DNA of 64,000 nt, from NCBI RefSeq assembly GCF_028368995.1, contig NZ_JAQNDL010000001.1, forward strand, positions 3,232,001-3,296,000. The letters run 5' to 3'. The position numbers and the translations under genes were made by a program. Each line of letters begins with the position of its first letter. The stretch's first letter is position 1. This DNA comes from Nannocystis bainbridge (lineage in GTDB: Bacteria > Myxococcota_A > Polyangia > Nannocystales > Nannocystaceae). Below, piece after piece: positions 31,653-41,600 of this stretch. Below the pieces are notes generated by a model. That model had not been told where the DNA came from and searched no databases. It saw nothing but the letters and a program-made list of their open reading frames with translations.

Positions 31653-34600
31653 CAGGCGGCCTCCGGCGAGAGCTTGAGCTCGGGGTGAGCGGCGCCGACG
31701 CGGGCGAGGGCGACCAGGCAGGCCGCGCGCTCGCTGGCGCCGCGCGAGCCCATGAATTCGACCAGCACCGGCCCGGCCAGCGCCGCGAACACGGCGTCGG
31801 CCTCGGCCAGGTCGCGCATCGCCTCGACCAGCGCCAGCTTGGCCTTGCGCGCCGGCAGCGGCCGCAGCTTCCTGGCCTTCGGGGCATGTTCTTCGGGCAA
31901 GGTCACGACCTCGGCGTCGGCCTGCTTGGCCTCCGCGCTCGGCTTGGTCGGCGGGATCGTGAACAGCAGCCGGCGCATGAAGTCGCGCAGCGCCTCACCC
32001 GGGGCCGGCAGCCCGGTCGGGCGGACCGGCGCGCCCCGGCCCTCCGGCGGCTCGAGCTCCGCCTTCTTGGCAGTCGCGCCCGCGCTCGCCTTGGGCCCGG
32101 GCGCGGCCTTCTGCTCGGGCCGCGGCGCCGGCTTCCAGCCATCGGTGATGCCGCGGTCGCGGTACAGGTGCCAGATCGTGCGGACCACGAAGGCGACGAC
32201 GTGGCGGTCGGGGCTCTCGCTCAGGCGGAACAGCTCCTCGGGGATCGCCAGGCGAGCGTCGCGGCGGACCAGGCCCATGCCGATCGCGCGCACCTCGGGG
32301 ATCAGCGACTCGCAGAACGGGTAGACCGCGGCCGGCGTCAGCGTGGTCGGGTCGATGCGGAAGCGCTTGTTGTCGGCGTTGTCCTCGGCGAACAGCGCCT
32401 TGGCGAGGAACTCGCGGACCTCCGAGTACGGCGACTCGACCACGCCGAGCAGCTCGGACAGCGGCGGCGACCAGCGGGCCAGCTCCCAGCGCGCGAGCTC
32501 GAGGCCGAACTGGCGCACGGGCGCGCGGGTGTCGGTGAGCAGCGGCTTGACCCGCGCCCACGACAGGAACTCGGCCGGGATCTCGGCGCCCGGATCGACC
32601 GGGCGATCGGTGGTGGCGAGGCTGATGTCGGGGTGATGGCGGCGGATGTACTGGCGGGCGAAGTCGGCCTGCGGCGCGTCGGCCGGGCCGGGGCCGGTGG
32701 CCATCTCCCACAGCCGCTCGCAGCCGGCCTGCACCGAGTCGCCGCTGAAGCTGCGCTGCTCGCCGGCCAGCATCTGCAAGAACGCGGTCTCGGAGATGAT
32801 CTTGATCGGCGCGCCCTTCTCGACCAGCTTCTCGGCGGCGACCTGCTTGCTGCCCTTGCGGCCCTGGCCGTACAGCGGCGAGCCGTCGTCGCCGATGACC
32901 AGGTAGTCGAGCTTGGCGGTGACGCTGCCGGAGTTCTTGCCCTTGGCCGCGGTGACCTTCTCCTCGGCGTCGTCGCGCTTCATCGTCGCCAGCTTGCCGG
33001 TGAAGAGGAAGGTCTTGCCGCCGAGGTCGATGGTCTTGCTGCCCTTGGCCGCCTCGGCCTTCGGGGCCTCCTCGGACTTGGGCGCGAAGTCGGCGGGCAC
33101 CAGCGCCTTGGTCATGTATTCGAGGGCGAAGTTGCGGTACTGCGACTCGGGCCGCAGCGCCAGCAGCATCAACCAGTCGAACCCGAGCTGGCTCGGCCGG
33201 AACCGGCGCACGTCGCTGAGGAAGGCCAGCGCGGTGGCGGCCAGGCCCTCGTCGAAGCGGAGCTCGCGGGCCCACGGGCGGCCGCTGGCGATCAGCTCCG
33301 CGATCCACTTGTCCTCGGCCCAGGTCGGCTGGAACGCGACCGCGCGCCAGAACCCGGCGTCGATGTCCTCGGCCTTGATCTTGTCCTCGGAGATCCACTT
33401 CAACAGGGTCGGCCGCGCGTGCGGGTGCAGGACCATGCGGGCGAGGAAGTCCTTGCCGAGCTCCTCGCGCGGGAACTGCGACAGGGCGTCGAGGGCGAAG
33501 CTGGTGGCGCTCGCGGAGATCCGCGGGTCGTCGAGCAGGTCGCGGAAGAAGTCGGCGCCGAGCGTCTTGAAGCTGTGGACCTTGGTCAGCAGCTCCGAGG
33601 CGAACGCGAACACCTTCTGCCGGCTATCGAGCAGGCGGTCGGCGAACCACGCCGGGGTCAGCTCGCGCGCGCTGAAGTGCTTGCGCAGCGCGGCGACGGC
33701 GAGGTCGTGGCCGTGCTGGGTGCCGAGCAGGCGACCCCAGGCGTCGAGGCCGATGTCCTTGCGCGGGTCACGGTCGCCGAGCAGGGTCGCGACCAGCTTG
33801 CGCACCTCGGCGTTGCTGTTGTTGGCCAGCAAGATCAGGCGGTCGAGCGGCAGGTCGCGCGCGTGGGTGCGGGCGTAGTTGGCCGCGTAGGCGCGGGCCG
33901 CGTCGGCGCGCGAGTCGAGCAGCTGCAGCACCGGCTCGTGCAGGCCGAGCTCGCGGAAGCTGCCCTGGTCGAACTTCGGCACGTTGCCGAGCAGCCAGAT
34001 CACGAACTCGTCGACGGTGCCCGAGCCGACCGCGATCAGCCGCGCCGCCCACGGCGCCTCGACCTCGCGCAGGTTGGCGCGGAAGTCGGTCTTCAGCGCC
34101 TGCACCGTGAACTTGCGGACCTGCTCCGAGCGCGCCCGCTCGAGCAGCTGCAGCACCGGCCGCGGGGTCCGCCGCCACAGCTCGGCGAAGGCGCGCTCGC
34201 TCAGCTGCGGCTGGCCCGAGCGGTACAGCTTGAAGTTGCGGCGCGTGTACTTCTTGGTCTCGTGATGGAGGATGTGGTTGTAGACCCACGTGTTCTGCCA
34301 CGTGGTGCTGTCCTCGTAGTGGCGCAGCACCGCCACCGCGCCGTCGACGTAGGCCGGCGCGGCCGCCTCGCCGAGGCGCCGCAGGTACCGCCACGCGCGC
34401 CGCACCAGGTAGCCGAGCGTCGGCCGCGAAATCTCGCCGACCTTGCGCTGCTTGGTCGCGAACGCGTGGTCGAAGCGGACCGCCAGCGCGCCGAGGATCT
34501 CGACGTCGCCCTTGGCCTCGGCCTCCTTGAAGATCTGCTTGAGCCCGCGCCACGGGCCCCACCGCAGCGGGACCTTCTGGATCACGTCGAGCAGCGCGGC

Positions 34601-34930
34601 CCGCTCGTAGGCGCCGTCCGAGCGCTTCCACAGATCGAGCAGGACCTCGTGCAGCTGCAGCCGCGGCGGCAGCGGGGTCTCGGCCTCCTTGGCCTCGAGC
34701 GCGCGCATGCTGTCGATGCGGTAGCGGGCCCGCTCCTGCGGCTTGGAGCGCGTGAACTTCCAGCTCGTCAGGTGCTGGCTGAAGCTCGCGAAGGTGAGCG
34801 CGCCCTCCCGCGGCGGTTTGTCGGGCCGCGGGTCGGCGGCGCCGGCGAGGCTCACGATCAAGGTGGACAGTTCCGGGTCGCGGCTGTCCCACGCGCGGCG
34901 GATATCATCGAGGCTGAGTTCGAGGGCCAT
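31652..34930 (-). CDS. Helical-repeat protein with an internal BRCT domain (retron-associated)
   Basis: LGGKTFLFTGKLATMKRDDAEEKVTAAKGKNSGSVTAKLDYLVIGD is a ligase-type BRCT (~32770-33030); ATG 34930 has a GGAG RBS (frame open to 35014); TGATG overlap with next gene. Confidence 0.88.
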
Positions 34931-34956
34931 CGCCTGCTCCCGAGAAGGGGAGCCGG

Positions 34957-34986
34957 AGCATGCCGCGATACGTCGTAGGCTTTCAA
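34957..34986 (-). promoter_or_regulatory. Candidate sigma70-type promoter of the RT operon
   Basis: Minus strand TTGAAA (34986-34981), 18-nt spacer, CATGCT (34962-34957), ~27 nt before ATG 34930; TGTC-N6-GACA at 35008-35021 just upstream. Confidence 0.4.
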
Positions 34987-35148
34987 CTGTCGCGGTCGCG
35001 CCCAGGCTGTCCATTTGGACAGGTGATGCGCTCGATCCCGCGCCGCGATCGGGGCATCCCCCGGCATTTGGGTGGCGCTCGCGGGGCCATCCTTGCAGGT
35101 ACAGATCGCTCCGAGATCCTCCGCGCGGCCCGTGATAAAAGCTTCGGC

Positions 35149-35619
35149 ATGACGACCTCCCGGACCCCGTGGACCCTCGCGCTGTGCCTCGCCTCCCTCG
35201 TCGCCTTGCCGAGCTGCAAGAAGGAAGCGACGACGTCCCCCGACGGCGACGGCGGCAACGGTGACGCGGCGGCGGGCGACGGCGGGGGCAACGGCGGCGG
35301 CGGGGGCGGCTCCGGGGACGTGAACGAGGAGCCCCTCACCGCCGACTCGTTCGAGGAGGCGATGCAGGCCAAACAGGGCGATGTCGCCGACTGCTTCGCC
35401 CAGGCCAAGGCGGCCAAGCCCGAACTGGCCGGCAAGCTGGCGATCGACGTGACGGTGGCCGGCGACGGCACGGTGTCGGCGATCAAGTTCACCGACTCGA
35501 GCACGATCAAGGAGGCGAGCATCACCTCCTGCATCGAAGAGAAGGCCCGCGGCTGGAAGTTCGGCAAGACCAGCGACGGCAACCCGATGACGCTGGGCTA
35601 CTCGCTCAATCTTTCATGA
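35149..35619 (+). CDS. Lipoprotein with AgmX/PglI C-terminal (TonB-C-like) domain
   Basis: Lipobox LPSC, Gly-rich linker, CFAQAKAAKPELAGKLAIDVTVAGDGTV...SCIEEKARGWKF. Confidence 0.82.
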   Translation: MTTSRTPWTLALCLASLVALPSCKKEATTSPDGDGGNGDAAAGDGGGNGGGGGGSGDVNEEPLTADSFEEAMQAKQGDVADCFAQAKAAKPELAGKLAIDVTVAGDGTVSAIKFTDSSTIKEASITSCIEEKARGWKFGKTSDGNPMTLGYSLNLS

Positions 35620-36128
35620 GGCCCGACGCGCGGGGGATCTCCTCGCCTGTCCTCGAGGACAGGCCGATACCGACCGCCCGCGCCGCGCTGCTCGCCTGCC
35701 TCCCCCTCGCCTGCAGCTCAAAGACCGAAGGCAGCGCGAGCGCGACCACCGACCCGGGCACCACCCAGCCGGAGTCGACGTCGACCACCGGCACCTCTGC
35801 CGCACCGACGTCGGCCACGGGCTCGTCGTCGACGGCGACCACTACCGCCGGCCCGAGCACCTCGACGACCTCGATGACGACCTCGACCTCGACGGGCGTA
35901 GAGACCGGCCCGCTCGGGGCCTGTGCCCTCGAGCCCGTCACGGTGCGCTGCGACAACTTCCTCGTCGGCTACTACTTCGATCCAGTGACGATGACCTGCA
36001 AGTCGTTCGACCACGGCGAGTGCGGCGGCGAGGTCGTCCCGTTCGAGACGCTCGCGGACTGCCTCGTCGCGTGCGAGGGCTGCGAGACCGACTGTGAGAC
36101 CTCGACAGGCTCTTCGAGCGGCGCTTGA
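35616..36128 (+). CDS. Lipoprotein with BPTI/Kunitz domain
   Basis: Lipobox PLAC, T/S linker, Cys spacing C-x8-C-x15-C-x7-C-x12-C-x3-C with YYFD, CxxF, GxCGG, FxTxxxC. Confidence 0.85.
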   Translation: MRPDARGISSPVLEDRPIPTARAALLACLPLACSSKTEGSASATTDPGTTQPESTSTTGTSAAPTSATGSSSTATTTAGPSTSTTSMTTSTSTGVETGPLGACALEPVTVRCDNFLVGYYFDPVTMTCKSFDHGECGGEVVPFETLADCLVACEGCETDCETSTGSSSGA

Positions 36129-36234
36129 GCACGCGTCGGCACGATCGCGGCACCGAACGAGCGAGCGCCAGTCGCCGCCCTGGGGCGCGTTCGCGTGACA
36201 GATCCGAACCCCGGTGGCATGCTGTGCGGCGTTC

Positions 36235-37461
36235 ATGTCGATCGCCCGCCTCCAGCTCAAGGACTTCACGGTCTTCAAGCAGGTCAGCTTCGAGTTCTGC
36301 CCGGGGATCAACGTGCTCATGGGCGAGAACGGCACGGGGAAGTCGCACGTGCTCAAGGCGATGTACGCGGCGCTGCGTGGGACCGAAGAGGTCGCCGAGT
36401 CGAAGAATGGTCCACTGACCGACGAGACCCGCCCTGAGATCCTGTACTTCGTCAAACTCATGTGGGTCTTTCGCCCAGATTCGCTCTCTCCTCGTCGCCT
36501 GCTCCGCCGCGGAAGCGACAAACTCTGGGAGGTCCAGCTCGTCGATGCTCGCAGAAACAAGCTGAACATGCGCTGCGAGCCGCGGGGACGCGAATTCGCG
36601 TCGGTGGACTCCGACCTGCAACCTCAGCGCTCCCTGTTCGTCCCGCCGCGCGAAGTCCTGGCGATGTACAAGGGCTTCGTCGCCGCCTACGAGGGCCGCG
36701 AACTCGACTTCGACGAGACCTACTACGACATCTGCAAGGCCCTCGGAGCAGCCCCGCTCCGCGGTGCGCGTGCAGAAGCGATCCGAAACCTGCTCGCGCC
36801 CTTGGAAAAAATCCTGGGCGGGAAGGTGCTGCTGAAGGGCGATCGCTTCTACGTGCAGCAAGGCGACGCCGAGACCGAGGCCCATCTGCTCGCCGAAGGA
36901 TTGCGGAAGATCGCCGGCCTCGCCTACCTCGTGGCCAACGGTTCGCTGACGCGTGACACGGCGTTGTTCTGGGACGAACCCGAGGCCAGCCTGAACCCGC
37001 GGCTCGTCGTACAGGTGGTCGAATTCCTGCGCGCGCTGGCACGCGCCGGCGTGCAGGTGTTCCTCGCCAGCCACGACTTCTTGTTGTTGCACCGACTCTC
37101 GCAACCGACCGAGCATGCGCTCGATTCGGAGGTGCCGATCCGGTTCTTCTCGTTGCATCGGCCGAAGCCGGACGCGCCGGTCGAGGTCGAGACCGGGGCG
37201 ACCCTCGCGGACATCGAGCACAACGCGATCCTCGACGAGTTCGCTCGCTACTACGACGACGAGCGCGCGTACTCCTGGCGAGAGATGACGGCCGATGCGC
37301 CCCCGCCCCCGCCGTCGAGGCAGCCGGGCAAAAAGGTCCGCAGGGCCGCCGCGAAGACTCCTGCGCGATCCGTCACCGCCAAGGTCCGTACCCGGAAGGT
37401 CCCAGCGGGGCGATCGAAGAAGCAGCCTTCAGCGCGCAAGAAGGCTGCGAAGAAGTCATGA
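36235..37461 (+). CDS. ABC-type (AAA_15/AAA_21-like) ATPase with basic C-terminal tail
   Basis: Walker A GENGTGKS after INVLM, signature-like LAEGLRK, Walker B/D-loop FWDEPEASLNP, H-loop ASHD; Lys/Ala/Arg-rich tail. Confidence 0.88.
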   Translation: MSIARLQLKDFTVFKQVSFEFCPGINVLMGENGTGKSHVLKAMYAALRGTEEVAESKNGPLTDETRPEILYFVKLMWVFRPDSLSPRRLLRRGSDKLWEVQLVDARRNKLNMRCEPRGREFASVDSDLQPQRSLFVPPREVLAMYKGFVAAYEGRELDFDETYYDICKALGAAPLRGARAEAIRNLLAPLEKILGGKVLLKGDRFYVQQGDAETEAHLLAEGLRKIAGLAYLVANGSLTRDTALFWDEPEASLNPRLVVQVVEFLRALARAGVQVFLASHDFLLLHRLSQPTEHALDSEVPIRFFSLHRPKPDAPVEVETGATLADIEHNAILDEFARYYDDERAYSWREMTADAPPPPPSRQPGKKVRRAAAKTPARSVTAKVRTRKVPAGRSKKQPSARKKAAKKS

Positions 37462-38060
37462 CCGATCCGAGCCGGACGTTTCGCGAGGAGGACCTCGACT
37501 TCAGCTTCGACGCGAGCTGGACGGTCGCTCGCCAGTGGGACAAGGAGTCGGTGTTCCTGGCCTTGCGCGATCGCGTGCCTGGGTCGCACGGGGTCGACTT
37601 CGTCGGTGTGCGGGCCGGCAAACCGAGCCTCTTCCTCATCGAAGTGAAGGACTACCGCACGAGCGAGGACCGCGGCTCGACCCGCGACAAAGTGGAGAAC
37701 AGCGGGGAGAGGCTGGCCGAGCTCGTCGGCGCGAAGGTCCGCGATACCGTCGCGGGGCTCATCGGTGCGGCCCGAGCGGCCCGAGACCCGGACTGGCGAT
37801 CGGCCCGGCTCGCGCTCGCCGGTGAGCAAGGCGATGTGTGGGTGGTGTTGTGGATCGAGCACGCCGGTCTGGCCAGCCCAGCAAAGGTCCGCCGTCAGCG
37901 CGAGAGCGTGGGAGCCGGGGTCCTGCAAGAGAGCATTCGCAGACGCTGCCGCTGGTTGCACGCTCGCGCTCTCGTATGCTCGCGCGACGGCGAGTGTTTG
38001 CCTGGCCTCACTGTGCGGAGCATCGCTCAAGCCGAGCGTGCCCCAGGCCGTCGACGCTGA
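37458..38060 (+). CDS. Putative PD-(D/E)xK-fold protein coupled to the ATPase
   Basis: ATGA overlap with the ATPase; GVDFVG...LFLIEVKDY fits a D...ExK nuclease motif. Confidence 0.65.
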   Translation: MTDPSRTFREEDLDFSFDASWTVARQWDKESVFLALRDRVPGSHGVDFVGVRAGKPSLFLIEVKDYRTSEDRGSTRDKVENSGERLAELVGAKVRDTVAGLIGAARAARDPDWRSARLALAGEQGDVWVVLWIEHAGLASPAKVRRQRESVGAGVLQESIRRRCRWLHARALVCSRDGECLPGLTVRSIAQAERAPGRRR

Positions 38061-38209
38061 CCGGCGCCCGTCCGACGAAAAACCCCGGCGCAAGTCTCTC
38101 GCAACCGACAGCGGGCAGGCCTGGCGATAGCCCGCGCTCGAAGCGCGCGACCCCTCTGCAGACGATGTCCTGTTGAAAGTCGAGGGCACGCGGGGTGTAC
38201 CGTGGCAGC

Positions 38210-40354
38210 ATGCCTCGCTCGCGGTCTCTCACCTTCCCTCGCATCCTGTCTGTCGCGTCGCTGCTCGCTCTCGCCTGTGGCGGCGACCCTGCGACCACGA
38301 CCGGCACGGACGGCGAGACCGGCGGCAGCGAGACCCAGGCGACGACCACCGCGGGGCCGACGGGCGGCGAGACCGAGACGCTGACCGGGCCGACCACCGG
38401 CACGCCGACCTCGAGCACGAGCACCGATTCGACCGCGAGCACCGGGCCGACCTCCACCTCGACCGACGCGACGACGACCGAGGGCACGACCACCGGGGGC
38501 GTGACCGAGGGCGGTCTGTCGCAGCGCGGCAGCGATCCGGTGGTGCTGGTCGGCGGGCAGGTGCCGGGCCTCGCGGGCGTGGCGGCCGGCGATGTCGTCG
38601 GCTTCGCGCGCAAGGACGGCGCCTGGCTGCAGATCCCGCTGCAAGTGGACGAGCGGGTGCTGGTCGATTTCTGCACGATCTACGCCGAGGAGCTGCTCGG
38701 CGAGAACGCGCCGTGCAAGACGGCGAAGACGATCCAGGCGCTGTTCTACGCCGACCCGAACACGTACACCGGCGCCGACACCGACCCCGCGCTCGACCTC
38801 GACGACGAGGTCGTGTTCATGGCCCGCGACGCCGGCGATCGCACCGCGCCCGGCGACGAGCCCGAGGGCGTGGTCGCGGGCTCGGGCGTGGAGGTCGAGC
38901 TGCTCGACGGCGACGAAAAGGCGTGGGTCTATCTGTTCGCGCGCGCCGGCGGCGAGCTCGAGCCGGGCGCGGGCGTCGACCTGATCGGCTACGAGCTCGT
39001 GTTCGCCGGCGACATCGACTACAAGACCGAGTACCCGTTCATCGGCAAGGGCAGCTGCGGCAACGCGACCTGCGACCCGCCGATCCTCGAGGACTCGACG
39101 GTCACGAGCCCGCACTACCAGCGTCACTTCTCGGCGCGGTGGGTGACCGACAGCCTGCGCATTACCTTGCCGGAGTCGACCGGCGAGGACATCCTCGACA
39201 TCGCCCAGGCCCGCTTCGCGCCCAGCTACTGCGGCCGCCACGTGCTGACGTTCTCGACGTCGGAGGGGGCGTTCGCGGCCAACATCGACGGACCGGTGCG
39301 GGCGATCCGCTCGTACTTCGGGGCCAACAGCGGGCCGCTGACGCAGCGCACGCACCTGTTCTACGACCGCGTCGAGGTGGTGCAGACGTTCCTGCGCGTG
39401 CACCCGATCCCCGCGATCATGGAGCTCATCGACTACGCGCCCGAGGCCGGCGGGATGACGTACTACAACGAGCACAACGAGGCGGGCCTGCCGATCGACG
39501 GCGAGCCCGACTTCGGCTTCGACGACACCCGGTTCTCGTGGGAGCTGGTCAGCGGGCCGCACGGCAGCGTGGTCAGCGTGCTCGACCCGCGGCTGTCGCA
39601 GCCGCTGACGGTGGTCGGTTACTTCGAGGACAACCTGAACACGCCGAACGACCAGTGCTCGGCCTCGAACACGCTCGACGCGCCCGACGACGCGGCGTTC
39701 GGGACGTCGGGGGTGTGGATCACTTCGGCGATCCCCGAGACCGACCCGCGCAACGGGGCGCAGGACCACGTGTTCATCCAGCGCACGAGCTTCTACGAGC
39801 CGCCGAACCTGTCGGTCGCGGACGCGAAGCTGCTGGCGGGGCGGATCCAGGCGCCGCTGCAGCCGCTGGCCCGCAGCTTCTCGGCGGCGCTCGGCGAGAC
39901 CTGCGGCGACGGGACGTGCGCAGCCGGGGAGGAGGCGAGCTGCCCGCTCGACTGCAATCCGTTCGCGGCGAGCTGCGGCGACGGGCTGTGCGACCCGTGG
40001 GAGACTTCGGTGAGCTGCGGCGAGGACTGCGGCGGCGGCGTCATGCCGGGGCCGGGCTGCGGCGACGCGACGTGCGACGCGGACGAGCACGAACTGAGCT
40101 GCGCGGCCGACTGCTGGATCGGGCCGTTCGAGCCGCTGGTGGGCTGCATGGAGCAGGCGTGCCCGGCGCAGAAGGGGGCGTGCAGCGACGAGCAGGCGTG
40201 CGTCGATCGCATCGTGTGCGTGGCGGAGTGCGTGGGCGGCGGGGGAGCGATCAACGCTTGCGCGGCGATGTGCGCGATGCAGGTGCCGGCGACGCCCGAG
40301 CAGGCAGGGTTCGCGAATGCGCTGATGATGTGCACGCAGCAGAACTGCTTGTAG
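38210..40354 (+). CDS. Large lipoprotein with Thr-rich linker and C-terminal CGDGxC Cys-rich repeats
   Basis: Lipobox LALAC; three CGD(G/A)xC...SCxxDC repeats; host-like codon usage. Confidence 0.82.
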   Translation: MPRSRSLTFPRILSVASLLALACGGDPATTTGTDGETGGSETQATTTAGPTGGETETLTGPTTGTPTSSTSTDSTASTGPTSTSTDATTTEGTTTGGVTEGGLSQRGSDPVVLVGGQVPGLAGVAAGDVVGFARKDGAWLQIPLQVDERVLVDFCTIYAEELLGENAPCKTAKTIQALFYADPNTYTGADTDPALDLDDEVVFMARDAGDRTAPGDEPEGVVAGSGVEVELLDGDEKAWVYLFARAGGELEPGAGVDLIGYELVFAGDIDYKTEYPFIGKGSCGNATCDPPILEDSTVTSPHYQRHFSARWVTDSLRITLPESTGEDILDIAQARFAPSYCGRHVLTFSTSEGAFAANIDGPVRAIRSYFGANSGPLTQRTHLFYDRVEVVQTFLRVHPIPAIMELIDYAPEAGGMTYYNEHNEAGLPIDGEPDFGFDDTRFSWELVSGPHGSVVSVLDPRLSQPLTVVGYFEDNLNTPNDQCSASNTLDAPDDAAFGTSGVWITSAIPETDPRNGAQDHVFIQRTSFYEPPNLSVADAKLLAGRIQAPLQPLARSFSAALGETCGDGTCAAGEEASCPLDCNPFAASCGDGLCDPWETSVSCGEDCGGGVMPGPGCGDATCDADEHELSCAADCWIGPFEPLVGCMEQACPAQKGACSDEQACVDRIVCVAECVGGGGAINACAAMCAMQVPATPEQAGFANALMMCTQQNCL

Positions 40355-40669
40355 AGGTGGGGTTCGCTGGGGGGTCGCGGGGGGCCGGGGTGGTTCGCGA
40401 ATTGCCGACTGCGCCTCGCGGGGGGTCCGGGGAAGGGCCGGCCGCGAGTTAACCGGCTGCATGGACGCTCGTTCCTCGCACCCATGCCGCCTCTAATTCG
40501 CGGCCGGCCCTTCCCCGAACCCCTGGCACGGCTGCAGCCGTGAGGGGCCGACTCGCCGTCGTCGGCTTCGATGGGGATTTGTGCTTGCGAGCAAGGCGTG
40601 GGGCGACTGTTCGACGGCCAGGGCTGGCCGCCGAACAGACGCCTCTTCGCGACCATAACGGCGTGTCCT

Positions 40670-41000
40670 CGGACCGCGACGATTCGCCGCTCGAAGTTCT
40701 GACGCGTCGGTGACGGGACGTCCTCGGGCCGCGGTGAGTCTCTGCTCGAAGTTCTCGATGCGTCAGTGACGGAGCGTCTTCGACCGCGACGAGTTACCGC
40801 TCGAAGTTCTCGGCGCGTCAGTGACGACGAGTTCTCGACCGCGACGAATCTCCGCCCGAAGTTCTCGGCGCCTCAGTGACGGCGAGGTCTCGACCTCGAT
40901 GAATCACCGTCTCGCGACAATGGCCGGCGAGTCATCGGACCGCGGCGACTCACCGCCGAAGTCTCGGGCTGCGGCGAGTCACCGCTCGACCATCGGCGCG
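40670..41000. repeat. Degenerate ~57-bp tandem repeat
   Basis: ccgcgacga...c(t/c)cgaagttct...gc(g/c)tc(a/g)gtgacg recurs four times plus decayed copies running up to the stop of 40979-41491. Confidence 0.8.
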
Positions 41001-41491
41001 CCTTGCTGCTGCATCCGCGCGAGCAGCTCCGGCTGCGAGGTGCCGCGGTCGGCCAGGTACTCTTGCGACCACTCGTTCGGCCGTGCCGTCACGCGGACGA
41101 CGTGGCGCAGGTTGTGGCCGAGGGCCTCGCGGAGCTCGGGGTGTCGCTCCACCATCGCCGGCGGATCGATGCCGAACAGCTTCGGCAAGAACCAGCTGTA
41201 GTGGTAGATCGCCAGGTCGTCGTGGCTCATCTCGATGAAGGCGTCGACGAGGTCGCGGTAGGTCAAGCGGCGCATCAGCGCCGGTAGTTGCACGATCACG
41301 CCCTCGGCGAGGCTGCCTTGAAAGACCGTGAAGGCGGCGGCGAGGACGGAGGCGCTGGGGAATCGCTCGACCTCGGCGCCGAAGACCGTCTCCATCGCGG
41401 GCAGGCTTTCGTCCCCGTACCGCGCCTGCTGATGCACGCGCATCCGCGCGAACATCTCTTGCACCCGGGTCGGGACGGTCGTCTGCGCCAT
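40979..41491 (-). CDS. Hypothetical protein
   Basis: 170-aa ORF with protein-like composition and GC3-biased codons. Confidence 0.65.
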   Translation of the reverse strand: MAQTTVPTRVQEMFARMRVHQQARYGDESLPAMETVFGAEVERFPSASVLAAAFTVFQGSLAEGVIVQLPALMRRLTYRDLVDAFIEMSHDDLAIYHYSWFLPKLFGIDPPAMVERHPELREALGHNLRHVVRVTARPNEWSQEYLADRGTSQPELLARMQQQGAPMVER

Positions 41492-41600
41492 GCGGCCATG
41501 ATAGCCGCTCGGCTCCGGATCGCAGTCCAGGGAGAAGTCCGGGAAGCATCCGGGGCGCGCCGGCGACCTGTCCGATGAGACATCCTACGGGCGCAGGGCG

